NCBI RefSeq assembly: GCF_001194135.2
Contig: NC_068989.1
Span: forward strand, 51,454,021 to 51,506,222
Reading direction: 5' to 3'
Length of the DNA stretch: 52,202 nucleotides
DNA from: Octopus bimaculoides
Lineage: Eukaryota
Under the pieces are notes generated by a model. The model was not told where the DNA came from. It ran no database searches and worked only from the letters and a program-made list of their open reading frames with translations. Of this stretch, positions 1 through 13,712 are shown piece by piece. How positions within the stretch are numbered: the stretch's first letter is position 1; each line of letters starts with the position of its first letter. The translations under genes and the position numbers were made by a program.

Positions 1-589
1 ATAATATATACATATATATATATACATATAAATATATATATATATATGTATATACATGCATATATATATGTACGTGTTAACGTGCACGTGTATGTGCGCA
101 CGATGCTTAGTCACGCGTCCCCTTCCCCCAATTTCCTGAAACTGGAATACTAGACAGTTCTATAACTTGCTGGGCCCGGAAATAGGACATGTTTGTAGGT
201 GTTTCCGTTACGAAATTGTTAACTACACATGTACACCTGCACTAATAAGTTTGGTATTATATGGAAACTGATATGTTCTGCCATGCAATTTCTACTGAAA
301 ACCAATGATACTAAATTACTGAGTAAGAAGGGAGTTGCTTGATCGAAAATATGCTTTCAATATTAAATATCCGCTCAATTGTCAAAATAAATCTCATTCA
401 TAGATACACGTTGTTACAGATTGTCTTTCAATCAGAGTGGAGAGAATAACGACTATGTCTATGCCTGCGCGTAATGTGCATGGATGCTTATAAATAATTC
501 TGAAGATATAGACCACCCTCTGTGCCTTTAAGAAGTATAAGATAGTATTTTATGATGAATTGTGTAATATAGTATAAATTTCTTACTTT

Positions 590-626
<37 letters not shown>

Positions 627-656
627 ATATCTATATGCGTGTGTGACGTGTCCGTG

Positions 657-701
<45 letters not shown>

Positions 702-1526
702 ATTATTGAGTTGTGCCTGTATGTACATACATACATATNNNNNNNNNNNNNNNNNNNNNNNNNNNNNNNNNNNNNNNNNNNNNNNNNNNNNNNNNNNNNN
801 NNNNNNNNNNNNNNNNNNNNNNNNNNNNNNNNNNNNNNNNNNNNNNNNNNNNNNNNNNNNNNNNNNNNNNNNNNNNNNNNNNNNNNNNNNNNNNNNNNNN
901 NNNNNNNNNNNNNNNNNNNNNNNNNNNNNNNNNNNNNNNNNNNATATATATATATATATATATATATATAGTGTGGCCGTGTCTGGTGAGTTTATCTCGA
1001 ACCGGTAAGGCTCCTCTGTGACATTTCCAGGCCAGTGACTTTTGGATAATATCAACAGTTTTCTCGCATCAGTATATGTTTAGATATAACATTAGTTTAT
1101 ACATCATATTTCAGTATATATTATGGAAAAGAAAATCATTTAAATCTTCAACAAAACAATGTTTTAGGGATCAGATGTTGCTTCATGCGTTTACGTGTTG
1201 CTTTATCCTTGCTTCTCATGTATTAATCCATCGCAGAAGAAGAAAATATTACGTATCCCAGCAGATGGTAATTAATAGATGAACATATGATAATGTTTTC
1301 ATGGGTGTTTTTGGTAGAAAAACAAATCTCATAGCAGTTTCATCATTAATACAAAGCAAGATTCTCAGGAGAGAAACTTTGATAATGGCAATGAAAATAT
1401 AAACAAGAAAATCTTCAGCTTGACGTCAATAGTTTTGACAGGCTAGTAGTTCTGACAGGCTAGAAAACTTGGCATCAGTAGTTCTGAGATACGAATTAGT
1501 ATGCATCATATATCATATTGACCGTT

Positions 1527-1745
1527 TAAGGCGGCGGGCTGGCTGAATCGCTAACACTCCGGGCGAAACGCTGAGCTGCATTTCGTGCGTCATTACGTTC
1601 TGAACTCAAATTCCGCCGAGGTTGCCTTTTCCTTTTATCCTTTCGGGGTCAATAAAATAAGTACCAGCAGAGAACTGGGTCGAATGTAATCAGCTTATGT
1701 CACTCGCCCGAAATTACGAACCTTGTGCTATAATTTGAAACCAAT
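1527..1745 (+). mobile_element. tRNA-derived SINE (family A)
   Basis: Starts taaggcggcgggctggctgaatcg (A-box-like), contains gttctgaactcaaattcc (B-box-like), then cctttcggggtcaataaaataagtaccag. A diverged second copy lies at 12184. Confidence 0.75.
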
Positions 1746-4700
1746 ATCATATCAATTGTTCTCTAAATAGAGAAAGTAATTGACTTTATTTATGCTATTT
1801 TACCAGCGATGCACGTCTTTGTTTTCCCGTCGAATAAATGTTCGTTAGAATATAAGGAGCATGCACATAATCATTGTCATGCTTGCCAATGACATTACTG
1901 ACAATTAGTTTGGTTTGGCTATTCTATTAAATGTGCTATCATGTAATGTTGCGTCATGCAGGGCGTTGTAATATGCTAGACCTCAACTTCGTCGCCACAT
2001 ATTTGCATGCATCCTCCAATATAAAGAGAGTTTTGAATACCTGTCAAGTGTTAGGGTATTCAAAAGTGCATATCAAGTGGCATATGTCGAGACAGACAGA
2101 AATTATTAGAGGAAGCGAATCAGTCTTCGAAAGTGATCTAGTGGGAACGCATGCAAAAGAATGAATACTAAAATATACTTTCGGAGAGTAGGTATTTTGG
2201 TCCAACTGGCTCACAATCTCGTGAAGAATTATGTGACACTAGATGTCCCAACACACCCTCATTGATTTGAAACACTTAAGATCCTTCCCATATACACATG
2301 CATGCATGCATATATACTTACACAGAAATATAAATACATACCTGATTAATACATATATAATAATGCAATGTATAAATACATGCATGATTCACATACCTTC
2401 AATCTACAAACATGTTTATTAAACCAAGATTAGAGAAGTATGAACTTACGCAAGATGACGCTGTGATAGATTGAAATTGGAACTACAATTCTGCAAAGCA
2501 AACACATTACTCGCACAACTTTTATCAATATATCATAACCTATTCAGAAATAAAGAGAATGTCATCCAAAGCTTTGATGATACGGATATACATAATGCAA
2601 CGAATTAATCCAGGTGCTATACAGTCATTGTCATGGGGTATTTAATAAACCTTGATGCATGCCATATTTCTAGGTTCATACCTAAAGTTTGTTTTCGTAT
2701 GGTGTTAAATAATTATTGATATATGAGATATAGTTCTCACTAGATATAATTTATAGCTATATAATATCTATATATTTATTAATCTGTTTGCTTATCTCTC
2801 ATTAATTTCCCCACTATAAGAACAAAGAAATATGTTTAAAAAGCCGGAAGCATTTATTTAGTAGAAAAGCAGATGATAAATGATATATTAAATAAAACTA
2901 ACATAGATAAATTATCAAAGCAGACAGCTTAAATAAAACAAAAGAAAAGAATAAAGAGAGGGGGGTCAAAACATTCAGCTGAAAATTGTGGGAATCTTCA
3001 GCGTAATAAATATGGTTGTCTGGGAAGAGTACGATATATGACTGGCTGTAATAGTACGATGGATTTACTATTTGTTATTTCTTTTTCTATGGAATTGAGA
3101 TAGATGTTATAGATGAATACTTTTACTGCTATCATAATTCATATGGATATTACTGATGCTTTGGGAGGATACACAGGCACACAAACGTATTTAGTAATGT
3201 ATATGTTCGTGTGTGTATGTGTGTGTGGGTGTATTTCTGTGCGTGTGCATCTATGTATGTGTGCTGCGTATGTGTGTGCAATATTTATTGCATCATTGAA
3301 GATATTTTCTTATTTTGTGTCTTGCGAAAATGTCGTTTATCAACGAATCTTAAATGTAGTGTTGGCTTTGTTGGGAAATATCGTACAATTGTTTATGCCT
3401 ATGTGGAAGCCGGTCGTGTTCGCCAACAGTTTCCTATCTCCATAGTATGTACATGCACAAAAGCCTACGCAATAACACAAAAGAAAAAAAAAATTAATTT
3501 CATTTGGTAAGCTCGAGTGTTTGAGAACAAACACGGCTAAGCAGAATCTCTGCACATGGATATTCACGTTCGCAACCACCTTTCATTTTCTGAATGCATC
3601 TATTCTTCTCATGTCACGATTTAGCAATGGTACTATCATTAATGTAGAGTTATCAGCTAATTAATAATTTATTCACTAGAATACAATGACTATGATGACT
3701 GAAGATCCTATTTTCAATTGTGCAAAATTAATAGAAATCGCAATTTGATAGGATATGTTAAAATATTCCTCGCCCACAAACTTTCTGACATTACGTTGTC
3801 ATATGCCTCAAGTTCAAACGCCATAGTATCAAAGTTGAAAACTTTCAGTAGTGCAATGAAACCAATGCAATTTCTCTTCATTACAAGTATAAATTTTTAG
3901 CCTTCGAATGAAGCCACATCATGAATTAATTAAACAACTGTTTAAAATGACAAAATAATACTGTTAGTCCTACATATTTCAGACATGTAAAATAAAGGAC
4001 AGAAACGTTCCCTGTAATATTCCTTTATGTTCTGTGTTCAAATCCATAATGCTTCATTTTACTTTCCTTCCATATCGAATAGATGAAATAAATTTCAAAT
4101 CGGGTTCACTTGCTAGAATAGGTGATAGTTACTCTCCAAAACTTCTTGCCATGTGCCTATGTAAGAAATAAGGTGTGATTTGAACTCCGATAATCTACCA
4201 ATTCTGCTAATTGATGTCACCTACTTTTGCAAATATTTGATCAATTTCAAAGGGAAACGATTTTATCATGATTTGATTCTTTTAGAATAGAATTCGTTAC
4301 AAGTTCCTTTGTTCAAATATTAATATTATATATGTATTTATATAAATTTAAAAATCTCCGCTATATGCAATATTTAATTTTTATATACTTTTGTAATTGC
4401 ATTTTACAATGGAAATGAATTGGAATTCTAAAAGAAAAACAGGTGAAATCTCTGAAATAATGGTGTCAATTATATTCGATTCTAGTACTGGCTTGTCACA
4501 TTATCATATTCCCACTTCTCTGAGAGTTGATGGAATTTAATATTGATATCGGCAGGAAATGAACGCAAACCACTGAGACCTATAACCAGATAAATAATCG
4601 AGGAATTTTATATGAGAAGCACACACGAGTGTGGGAAATCCTTGCTTTTTGAGGGTATTATTTGAAGAAGTGTGTTGCAGTAATTACTGATTTGTTTACA

Positions 4701-4759
4701 TTTCATGGAAATCATATTTTGATGCTTCTTGAGTTACTTGAAAATAATTTAAACTATGA

Positions 4760-5751
4760 AGGGATCTTTTCGCTTTGAACGCCGCATCGAGAAATTATTT
4801 TTTTATAAGTAAACACTTTCAAACTTCGGACACTGGTAGAGTGTGTCATATAAAACACATTTTACTGTTAGTGTTGCTGAGAAAAGTTTATATTTTTAAA
4901 GTTATTTCGTGTTACAGTTGTCGTATTTCAGTAATTTCAACCAATATATGACGTGTATTCAGCTGAATAAAATTACTGCCGCTGTTTGTCAACAACAACT
5001 ATCGGCGGTGTATATTTCGTTTGTCACTGTTATTTATGACAGTGCGTTTATGCTGGTTTTAGCTTTAGGGTTTTAGGGTTAGGGTTAGGGTCAGGGTTAG
5101 GGTCCGAGTTTGAAAGTTAGGGTTAAGGTTTTTGGCTCAGGGTTAGGGATAGGGTTTTAGAGTTAGGGTTAGGGTTAAGTTAGGGTTAGGGTTAAGATTT
5201 TAGTGTTACGGTTACGGTTGGGGTTTTAGGCTTAGGGTTTTCGGATTAGGGCTAGGGTTGGGATGTTAGGGTTAGAGTTACGGAAAAATGTGAAAAAGGA
5301 AAAAATTGGAGGGGGAGGGTGGCAAAAATGTCTTTCCGAAAATAGTAGCTGAAAAACAGGAAAAAAACTAAAAGCAGTAGAAATGCACGAACAATTTGTG
5401 GGGCTGCCATGAAGTAAACATGCTTCAGATACACTCGTGTATTCATACAAACATAACTGAGCTGAAATATGTCATAAATAACAGTGACAAACTAAATATA
5501 CACCGCCGGAAGTTGTTGTTGGCAAACAACAGCAGTAATTGTTTTCATCTCAATAGACGTCATTGATTGGTTGAAATTACCGAAATACGACAAGTTTAAC
5601 ACGAAATAACTTCCAAAATACACAATTTTCTCAAGAAGGCCAAGAGTAAATGATGTTTTATGTGACACAGTGTAGCAGTATACGAATTGTTAAAGTGTTT
5701 AGTTACAAAAAATTATTTTTTAAATTTGCCGGCCAAAGGGAAAAGATCCCT
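4760..5751. mobile_element. Non-autonomous DNA transposon (MITE/foldback) with ~280-bp TIRs and an internal telomere-like array
   Basis: 4760-5041 is the reverse complement of ~5470-5751 (agggatctttt...gtcactgttatttatgaca / tgtcataaataacagtgac...aaaagatccct). Flanking direct repeat is ATGA, or TATGAA if the termini are GGG..CCC. Confidence 0.9.
5065..5280 (+). repeat. Degenerate interstitial (TTAGGG)n array
   Basis: Many ttaggg units with variants (tcaggg, ttaagg, ttacgg, ataggg, ctaggg). Confidence 0.9.
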
Positions 5752-6857
5752 ATGAAAATATAGACACATTGTTTCTGCTCGAAAATATTGACTGTTAAAG
5801 GTAGTATTATTTGTATATATAGCTAAATATATGATTTAATTTACCTAAAGGACCGAAGATGTTATAACGCTAGAATCCTAGGAGGTGAATAATGTAGAAT
5901 AAGTGGAAAATACAGTCCAAAGAAACCTCATACTACTTCAGAATTACGTATGTTTATATAACCAATGTTACAATATTTTGCCAACCTACTGATCCCATCC
6001 AACTTATATTTCCACAAATGATATTTTAACTTGTTTTTTCCAACGCAAATGGAGTATTCCATTTCTAAGATCGAATCTTTTTCGTAATAAAAGTTCACTG
6101 CTAAACATGAAGGAGAGTTGGATAAGCATTGAGATCAGTTTTGGTATTATTAAAATATATTTTTCTGAAAAAGATGAACGGGGTGCGTAGCCTTATACAT
6201 GCCCTCTGGAAGCGATGAGAATCTACGATACATATACTAATTTTAGATTATAACCTGATCTGTATGCTGAAAAGATTGGAATCTAGAACGGAAATTCAAT
6301 AGTTAGAACAATTTGTCATATGGGTGAGTAAATGCCAGGCTATCTAACAGAATTGCTTGACTGAGAGCATCCTACCATCATTGACTTTTTATCAAATTGC
6401 TTGTCTCGGTATCTTGTTCACTAATGTATTACTTAATTAGTTCTAAGATTACTTTCATTGAACATTACATTTCACAGACGAATAGAAAAATATAAACGTA
6501 CTTCATTTAATCACAGCGTTACTCCGGTGATTAAATTCTTCAAAATTATTCAATGTTGGGTTCCAATCACGCATTGTATGGAGTATTTCTGTTGTTTTTC
6601 AATCCGGTTACTATCGAACTTTATTCTGATGGAAACATGGACGATATCCTATAACCCACATAGAAGACAACGTCTCGTCTTGTTTTAGGGTAGGTTATAG
6701 GTTAACAATGCACGAGCAAGAACGTAGACTCCAACAATATCACTCGAGGGTGTCTTCTAGAGAAAAACTTGCAGAAGTACCCATCGTTGAATAAAATTGT
6801 TCCTTATATAATGAAAGAAAAAGTAAATATGTTCTACAGAACTTTGTTATTCTAAAT

Positions 6858-6899
6858 CCAAACAACAACAACAACAACAACAACAACAAAAACAACAAT

Positions 6900-6956
<57 letters not shown>

Positions 6957-6970
6957 TGATAATGATAATA
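6858..6970. repeat. (AAC)n/(AAT)n compound microsatellite
   Basis: Read directly. Confidence 0.95.
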
Positions 6971-8060
6971 AACGAAGAATTGTTATCATATGCACGGCGT
7001 TTGTTGGGAGAAGATTAGATTCATGTTCCTTCACAAATGCAGCCAAGTCTGTAACGTCATAATTTGCCTCTCTTGCTGTGACTCTATTTTAAATAACCAA
7101 TTTGATGCTTTGCTTTTGGCAGTCCAGAGCCAGACACTTGCAAATGTTTGACTCCTATGGCAATTTCACTCAGTGCTTGCTTAAAAATTGCTTCAGAGAA
7201 CTGAATATTAATATCTTGGTTTGCCTGTTGAACTGCATACTTTAAGTCTTCAGCCATGTCTTCACGATCTTTCATGCAAAGTTGTAGGGGTCTGCCAAGT
7301 TGACACAAGTTCGGAATAATTGCAAAAACGTTTACGGAGTTTCCTTGGAGAATCTAACATTGATGCTTCAGTCAATGCACACTTCTAGTGATAATCATTT
7401 TCTAAAAAAGTCTTGTTTGTAGCATGCTTCCCTATAAGTTTCACACACACGACCATTTACCCTCCTCCAATTTTGGAATGATTTGTTACCACATACGTCA
7501 TTCAAAAGGTGCCGTAAGTTGTAGAATTCTGCTTGGTTTTGGGGACTGTAAACACTTGCAAGAACGTCAGCCCCACCTTTCTTTTCGTGTCATTTATTTC
7601 TTCTCCACATGTAATACTTGAGTAATTGTGGGTAAAGGTGGTTTCTTGCATCTTCATCTACGTGCCACAACTGAAAAAAAGGCAGCGAGGGTAGTTAGAG
7701 AACCTGCATTTTGCAAGGTTGTTTGTTTTGAAGAGATAACCCTGTTGCCCTTCTCCAGATGGACACTCAGATGAATGATGGCTGGGTGCCTCTCATAAAT
7801 GGAAAAATTGAAGACTCACCACAAAGCCTCAATGGTACTGATGGTTCTTCTTCTGTCATACTGTGCATCTTCATAACTTTTATTTATCTGCTGACTGCCA
7901 TTCTGCATAAGAGTGTATGTTGCAGCATCTAAATTTTCGTTTATATATTTGCAAACATACGTAATAGAGTTGCAGTATTCAACATTGATTCTGGTTACCT
8001 GTACTCATCTTTGCTTCACTGTAGAATATTGATCATCTACATCTACCCACACTGCTCATA
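6970..8060 (-). pseudogene. Helitron Rep/helicase (RepHel) relic, region between Rep and helicase
   Basis: Frameshifted minus-strand peptides INVEYCNSITYVCKYIN, IYERHPAIIHLSVHLEKG, TTLAAFFQLWHVDEDARNHLY, FYNLRHLL..VNGRVCETYREAC, EASMLDSPRKLR, LQLCMKDREDMAEDL..FSEAIFKQAL and NYDVTDLAAFVKEHESNLL are collinear with the Helitron RepHel consensus as recalled. Confidence 0.85.
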
Positions 8061-8386
8061 TAGAGAGTGAGAACATTGTTCTCGGAAACGTTTTCGAAAA
8101 TTTAAATGGAGATTAAATGAAAAAAATGAGTTACGTGAATATTTTCATAAGTGTGGTTGAAATAACTGGCGATTGTGAAACGCCCTACGCACGTGCGCGT
8201 GCACGCACATACAAACAGACACACACATGCACACACGCAAACATACATACTGCATTAAACATCAGATGAAATAGACGTGTGTTAGGGAGAGAAAGAGAGA
8301 AAGAAAGGGTGTATTGTCATGTATACGTACAATAAATATGCATACATCTTTTTTGTATGTACGTTTGTTTGTTTGTGTGTGTCTGC

Positions 8387-8421
<35 letters not shown>

Positions 8422-8481
8422 TGCCGCTTAGATATCACTCTCTCTCTCAAACACACACATATATGCACATGTATTTATTGT

Positions 8482-8848
8482 GGAGGCGCAATGGCCTAGT
8501 GGTTAGGGCAGCGGTCTCGCGGTCGTAGGATCGCGGTTTCGATTCCCAGACCAGGCATTGTGAATGTTTATTGAGCGAAAACACCTAAATGTTCTACGAG
8601 GCTCCAGCAGGGGATGGTGGCGAACCTTGCTGTACTCTTTCACCACAACTTTCTCTCACTCTTACTTCCTATTTCTGTTGTACCTGTATTTGAAAGGGCC
8701 AGCCTTGTCACACTCTGTGTCACGCTGAATCTACCCGAGAACTACGTTAAGTGTACACGTGTCTGTGGAGTGCTCAGCCACTTGCCCGTCAATTTCACGA
8801 GCAGGCTGTTCCGTTGATCGGATCAACTGGAACCCTTGTCGTTTACGC
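8482..8848 (+). mobile_element. tRNA-derived SINE (family B), near full length
   Basis: A box tggcctagtgg (8492) and B box ggtttcgattccc (8535). Its 3' body (gaactacgttaag..gtggagtgctcagc..gatcggatcaactggaa) is shared with the copy at 32379-32690. Confidence 0.85.
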
Positions 8849-10285
8849 GTGATCTCGATGTCACATTCGTTGAAAGCATGCGAAATAACCAGGAAAAGAA
8901 AACAAAACCCCACAAAACAAAACTCTGTTACTGGGAAACTCCGACTNNNNNNNNNNNNNNNNNNNNNNNNNNNNNNNNNNNNNNNNNNNNNNNNNNNNNN
9001 NNNNNNNNNNNNNNNNNNNNNNNNNNNNNNNNNNNNNNNNNNNNNNNNNNNNNNNNNNNNNNNNNNNNNNNNNNNNNNNNNNNNNNNNNNNNNNNNNNNN
9101 NNNNNNNNNNNNNNNNNNNNNNNNNNNNNNNNNNNNNNNNNNNNNNNNNNNNNNNNNNNNNNNNNNNNNNNNNNNNNNNNNNNNNNNNNNNNNNNNNNNN
9201 NNNNNNNNNNNNNNNNNNNNNNNNNNNNNNNNNNNNNNNNNNNNNNNNNNNNNNNNNNNNNNNNNNNNNNNNNNNNNATATATATATATATGAGTGTGTG
9301 TGTGTTTGTGTGCGTGTGCGTGCGTGTATGTGCGTGAGCGTGTGTGTGTGTGCGTGCGTGTATAATCAGATGGGTGTGCATGTTTATATCTATGTATGTT
9401 TGTATGTTTATTATGTGAGTGTTTGTGAGAGGTTGCGTGTTTGTTTCTGCGTGCATTTGTGCAAGTTAGTGGAGTTTGCCGAAGTCTTAAAATCGAAATA
9501 AGAATATAAGCTATAAATTAGATAGATTTCTGCAACATAGCAAAGTCGATATTGAAATTATAGCCTTCGCGGGAATAGAAAAATATGAAGAAATTCTAAT
9601 CTGCCATCGTAAAAAGGCAGATATTGTTCGGTCCATCGTCTATAAAATCTGAAAACAGTATTGATTCAGCGAACGTCTTAGCTTTTAACGAGAATGGACA
9701 GTGAACATTTTCTGTGGCCCATATGATCACTAATACTTTTTAAATATGCCTTCTTTTTTATATATTTTTCTATTTTATTTTGTTTTTATACGTTGCGCCT
9801 CGGTTTATACTCCTTTTTGCTATATATTTTCCTAGTGTTTGATATATTATTGGTTTACAAATTTATGACAAGTCACTGTAATTCATAAGCTTTTCCAGTT
9901 GACTATTTAAAAAATAAGATTTTCTCCTTAATCAAGAAAAATGGTGAATATTTAATGAGGATGTATAATATCTTTTTACCTTTCCAAAATCAATGCATAT
10001 ACCTACATTGGATTTTCGATGTTATCCCTAAATATCATTCCTGTGCAATCCATATTCTCATATTAGGCAACACACAGTGCTCCTTGTACGGCACTGAATT
10101 CCTGTTTGAATTATTGAATTTATTTGTCAATGAAGTGGTTTTATCACTTATTTCCTAGTTTTAAGTATGGCATTTCAGTTGCTTTCTAACATTAAGTGGG
10201 GCATTTTCACTCGTATTCAATTAATGTTGCACAAAAGGGGTATGTTAAAATAACAAATTCATTTTGCAATTATGTAGTGATACTC

Positions 10286-10331
<46 letters not shown>

Positions 10332-10350
10332 GCGCGTGTGTGTTGAGTGC

Positions 10351-10387
<37 letters not shown>

Positions 10388-11418
10388 CATTTTGATAATT
10401 GTTATGGATAATTAACCCATGTCAAAATAATTGCGACTGCCTTGTACTTGTAACCTTTCAGTTACAAAGTAAATTCCATTCTCTAAAGTATTCGTCATTT
10501 CGTTCCAAGCATTATTTTTTATGTTTATACATGTTGGAACTACATATGTGGCTTGACGGCTAAGATATTTGTATAAAGAGGGTTTTTACTCAGCTGTAGA
10601 TTTGTTCATTATGAGTGTACGAATTACTGAGTCATCTTGTATCCGATAGGAACATACTTTTAGTGTACGTTAACGTTATGTTTTAGGTTCGTTAAAGGAT
10701 ATGGATTTATAACGCACAGAGCCGTACCGATTAAAGAGATATTAATTAAATCTGCTTTCAGATTTTACAAGTTTTATATTACATGCTCAAACATTTATTT
10801 ATTTATGACCTAACATGGCACAAAGATATCTCAGTGTTTGTATAATAATTCTACTATCAATTTCCCTGAAAAAACTTTTAACAGTCTATGTGTGCATTAC
10901 AATGAGTTTAAAACAGGTTTAAACATTTTTACCATGTTAGCTAATTTTCCCTCCTATAGAACATATTACTACATAGATTTATTTCATTCAGAATTCATTC
11001 CAAATCCTATATATTTCTATAACCCATTGTTTTAACCATATATAAAGAAGTTGCCACACGCATAAACAGAACATAGCATTCAATGAAACCATTTAATTTT
11101 AAAAGCAAACATCCGTAAAAAAAATATCTAAAATGAAACCTGCGATTTATTTCAGAAGTGGAATCTACTATGGCAAGCAATAAAAATCAAATTGAAATGC
11201 GCACATTTCAATTTGAATTATATAGGCATGAGATGTATATGCTAAGTGCGAACATACTTGACGATCGGAGTTATGTACAAAACTGATAAAACATTACGAA
11301 ATTGAATTTAAACCAGTAATACTATTAACAAGAGCCATATTACAAATACATAACAGTACTAACGTTAATAACTGTAAAACGATATCAATATGAAAAAAAA
11401 GAAAAGAATAGCGCTGAC

Positions 11419-11481
<63 letters not shown>
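11419..11481. repeat. (TTA)n microsatellite
   Basis: Read directly. Confidence 0.95.
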
Positions 11482-11483
<2 letters not shown>

Positions 11484-12183
11484 GCAGTACGTTTCTAATA
11501 AAAAAAAAATGGTGATTCTCGAAATGCAAATCGTTCTTAAAAAAAAAAGGAATGGAGAAAAACTGAATTATTGCTTCAAAATAGCAATTACCTATTATTG
11601 ATTCATGTGTTGACTNNNNNNNNNNNNNNNNNNNNNNNNNNNNNNNNNNNNNNNNNNNNNNNNNNNNNNNNNNNNNNNNNNNNNNNNNNNNNNNNNNNNN
11701 NNNNNNNNNNNNNNNNNNNNNNNNNNNNNNNNNNNNNNNNNNNNNNNNNNNNNNNNNNNNNNNNNNNNNNNNNNNNNNNNNNNNNNNNNNNNNNNNNNNN
11801 NNNNNNNNNNNNNNNNNNNNNNNNNNNNNNNNNNNNNNNNNNNNNNNNNNNNNNNNNNNNNNNNNNNNNNNNNNNNNNNNTATATATATATATATATATA
11901 TATATGAAAATTTAGTTATTTTAATGGAGCACAATTGCAAATCGATCCCTCATATGTGTGTGTGTATAATATATATGTATATGACTGTGTGCGTGCGCGA
12001 GTACATGTTTGTGTTTGTGTGCCTAATCCTCCATTAATCATTTATTTGAGGGCACACAATTATAATATTATTTAACTTATAATTCAGAAGCTAATGCATA
12101 ACTAACTTGCACTTGTAGCGAAATTTGTTTAAGTGTTTGGAAATGTTATGAACCCAAAGTACATTTATTATTTTATGTATTAT

Positions 12184-12375
12184 TAAGGCGAAGAACTGGC
12201 AGAATAGTTAGAGTGCCAGAAAAATTTTTCTTCAGTTACTCTTCGATTTCCTTACGTTCTGAGTTCAAATTCCTCAAAATCAACTTTTGCATTTCCTCAT
12301 TTGAGTTTCATAGAATTAGTGCCAATTTAGTACTAGTGCCATCTTAATCCACGAGCGTCGCTCTTCAGCCTTGCA
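12184..12375 (+). mobile_element. tRNA-derived SINE (family A), diverged copy
   Basis: taaggcgaagaactggcagaatagttag...ttacgttctgagttcaaattcc aligns with 1527-1620. Confidence 0.65.
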
Positions 12376-12783
12376 CTTGTCAGTTTATGGATTTTGGAGA
12401 TTTGGATTATGTGGAGTCATTGGTGTAATAGAAATTTTTTTTAAAATCACTTAGTTCTTTACCATCTGACTTTGTATAACTATAAATTCCATTCCACCAT
12501 ATCTTTTATCCAGGGTCGATAGACTACAATACCAGCCATGCACTGGAGTTGATTTATAACAACGATCCTATATTAGATACTATAACAATGTATGCAGTGC
12601 ATATACAAGATTTATATGCGCCTATCATTGAAATACTTCAGATATTTATTACAGTAAAGGCTGAAATAGGTAGATATTTAGTCATGATTTCCCAAATGGA
12701 TTAGTTCTAAATTGACCCGATTCAGAATCACATTATCTTGTGTATTTTACAAGAAGCGTGGTTGTAGTATGTATGTACATGTA

Positions 12784-12784
<1 letters not shown>

Positions 12785-12870
<86 letters not shown>
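12785..12870. repeat. (CTAT)n microsatellite
   Basis: Read directly. A similar tract lies at 14295-14448 and (GATA)n at 52046-52104. Confidence 0.95.
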
Positions 12871-13681
12871 ATTTGTCTATGTATGTGTGTANNNNNNNNN
12901 NNNNNNNNNNNNNNNNNNNNNNNNNNNNNNNNNNNNNNNNNNNNNNNNNNNNNNNNNNNNNNNNNNNNNNNNNNNNNNNNNNNNNNNNNNNNNNNNNNNN
13001 NNNNNNNNNNNNNNNNNNNNNNNNNNNNNNNNNNNNNNNNNNNNNNNNNNNNNNNNNNNNNNNNNNNNNNNNNNNNNNNNNNNNNNNNNNNNNNNNNNNN
13101 NNNNNNNNNNNNNNNNNNNNNNNNNNNNNNNNNNNNNNNNNNNNNNNNNNNNNNNNNNNNNNNNNNNNNNNNNNNNNNNNNNNNNNNNNNNNNNNNNNNN
13201 NNNNNNNNNNNNNNNNNNNNNNNNNNNNNNNNNNNNNNNNNNNNNNNNNNNNNNNNNNNNNNNNNNNNNNNNNNNNNNNNNNNNNNNNNNNNNNNNNNNN
13301 NNNNNNNNNNNNNNNNNNNNNNNNNNNNNNNNNNNNNNNNNNNNNNNNNNNNNNNNNNNNNNNNNNNNNNNNNNNNNNNNNNNNNNNNNNNNNNNNNNNN
13401 NNNNNNNNNNNNNNNNNNNNNNNNNNNNNNNNNNNNNNNNNNNNNNNNNNNNNNNNNNNNNNNNNTTATCTACCTACCTCTATATATGCGCACGCAAACA
13501 CACACACACAAATATAATTAGAAAGAGAGAGATAATGGGAGGGAGAGCGAGAGAGCGAGAGAGAAAGCGATCGACAAACGAAACGGAAATATAAAGAGAC
13601 CAACTAGAATATTTCCATATTGAAATCGGTTTTTGTCAATGTTTGCAAATGTTTGTACATATTTTATAAAAAAAAAAAAAA

Positions 13682-13712
13682 ACTAGCGGGATCCTGAATA
13701 TTTCACGGAATT
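13682..13712 (-). mobile_element. Putative Helitron 3' terminus
   Basis: Minus strand reads ccgtgaaatattcagg (short hairpin) atcccg CTAG then a T run, the canonical Helitron 3' layout. Confidence 0.45.

Noticed and set aside
5065-5280. True telomere or chromosome-fusion site
   Set aside because: The array is short, degenerate, in one orientation and enclosed by TIRs with a flanking direct repeat.
8482-8560. tRNA gene
   Set aside because: A and B boxes are present, but there is no proper acceptor stem or T-run terminator, and it continues into a SINE body.
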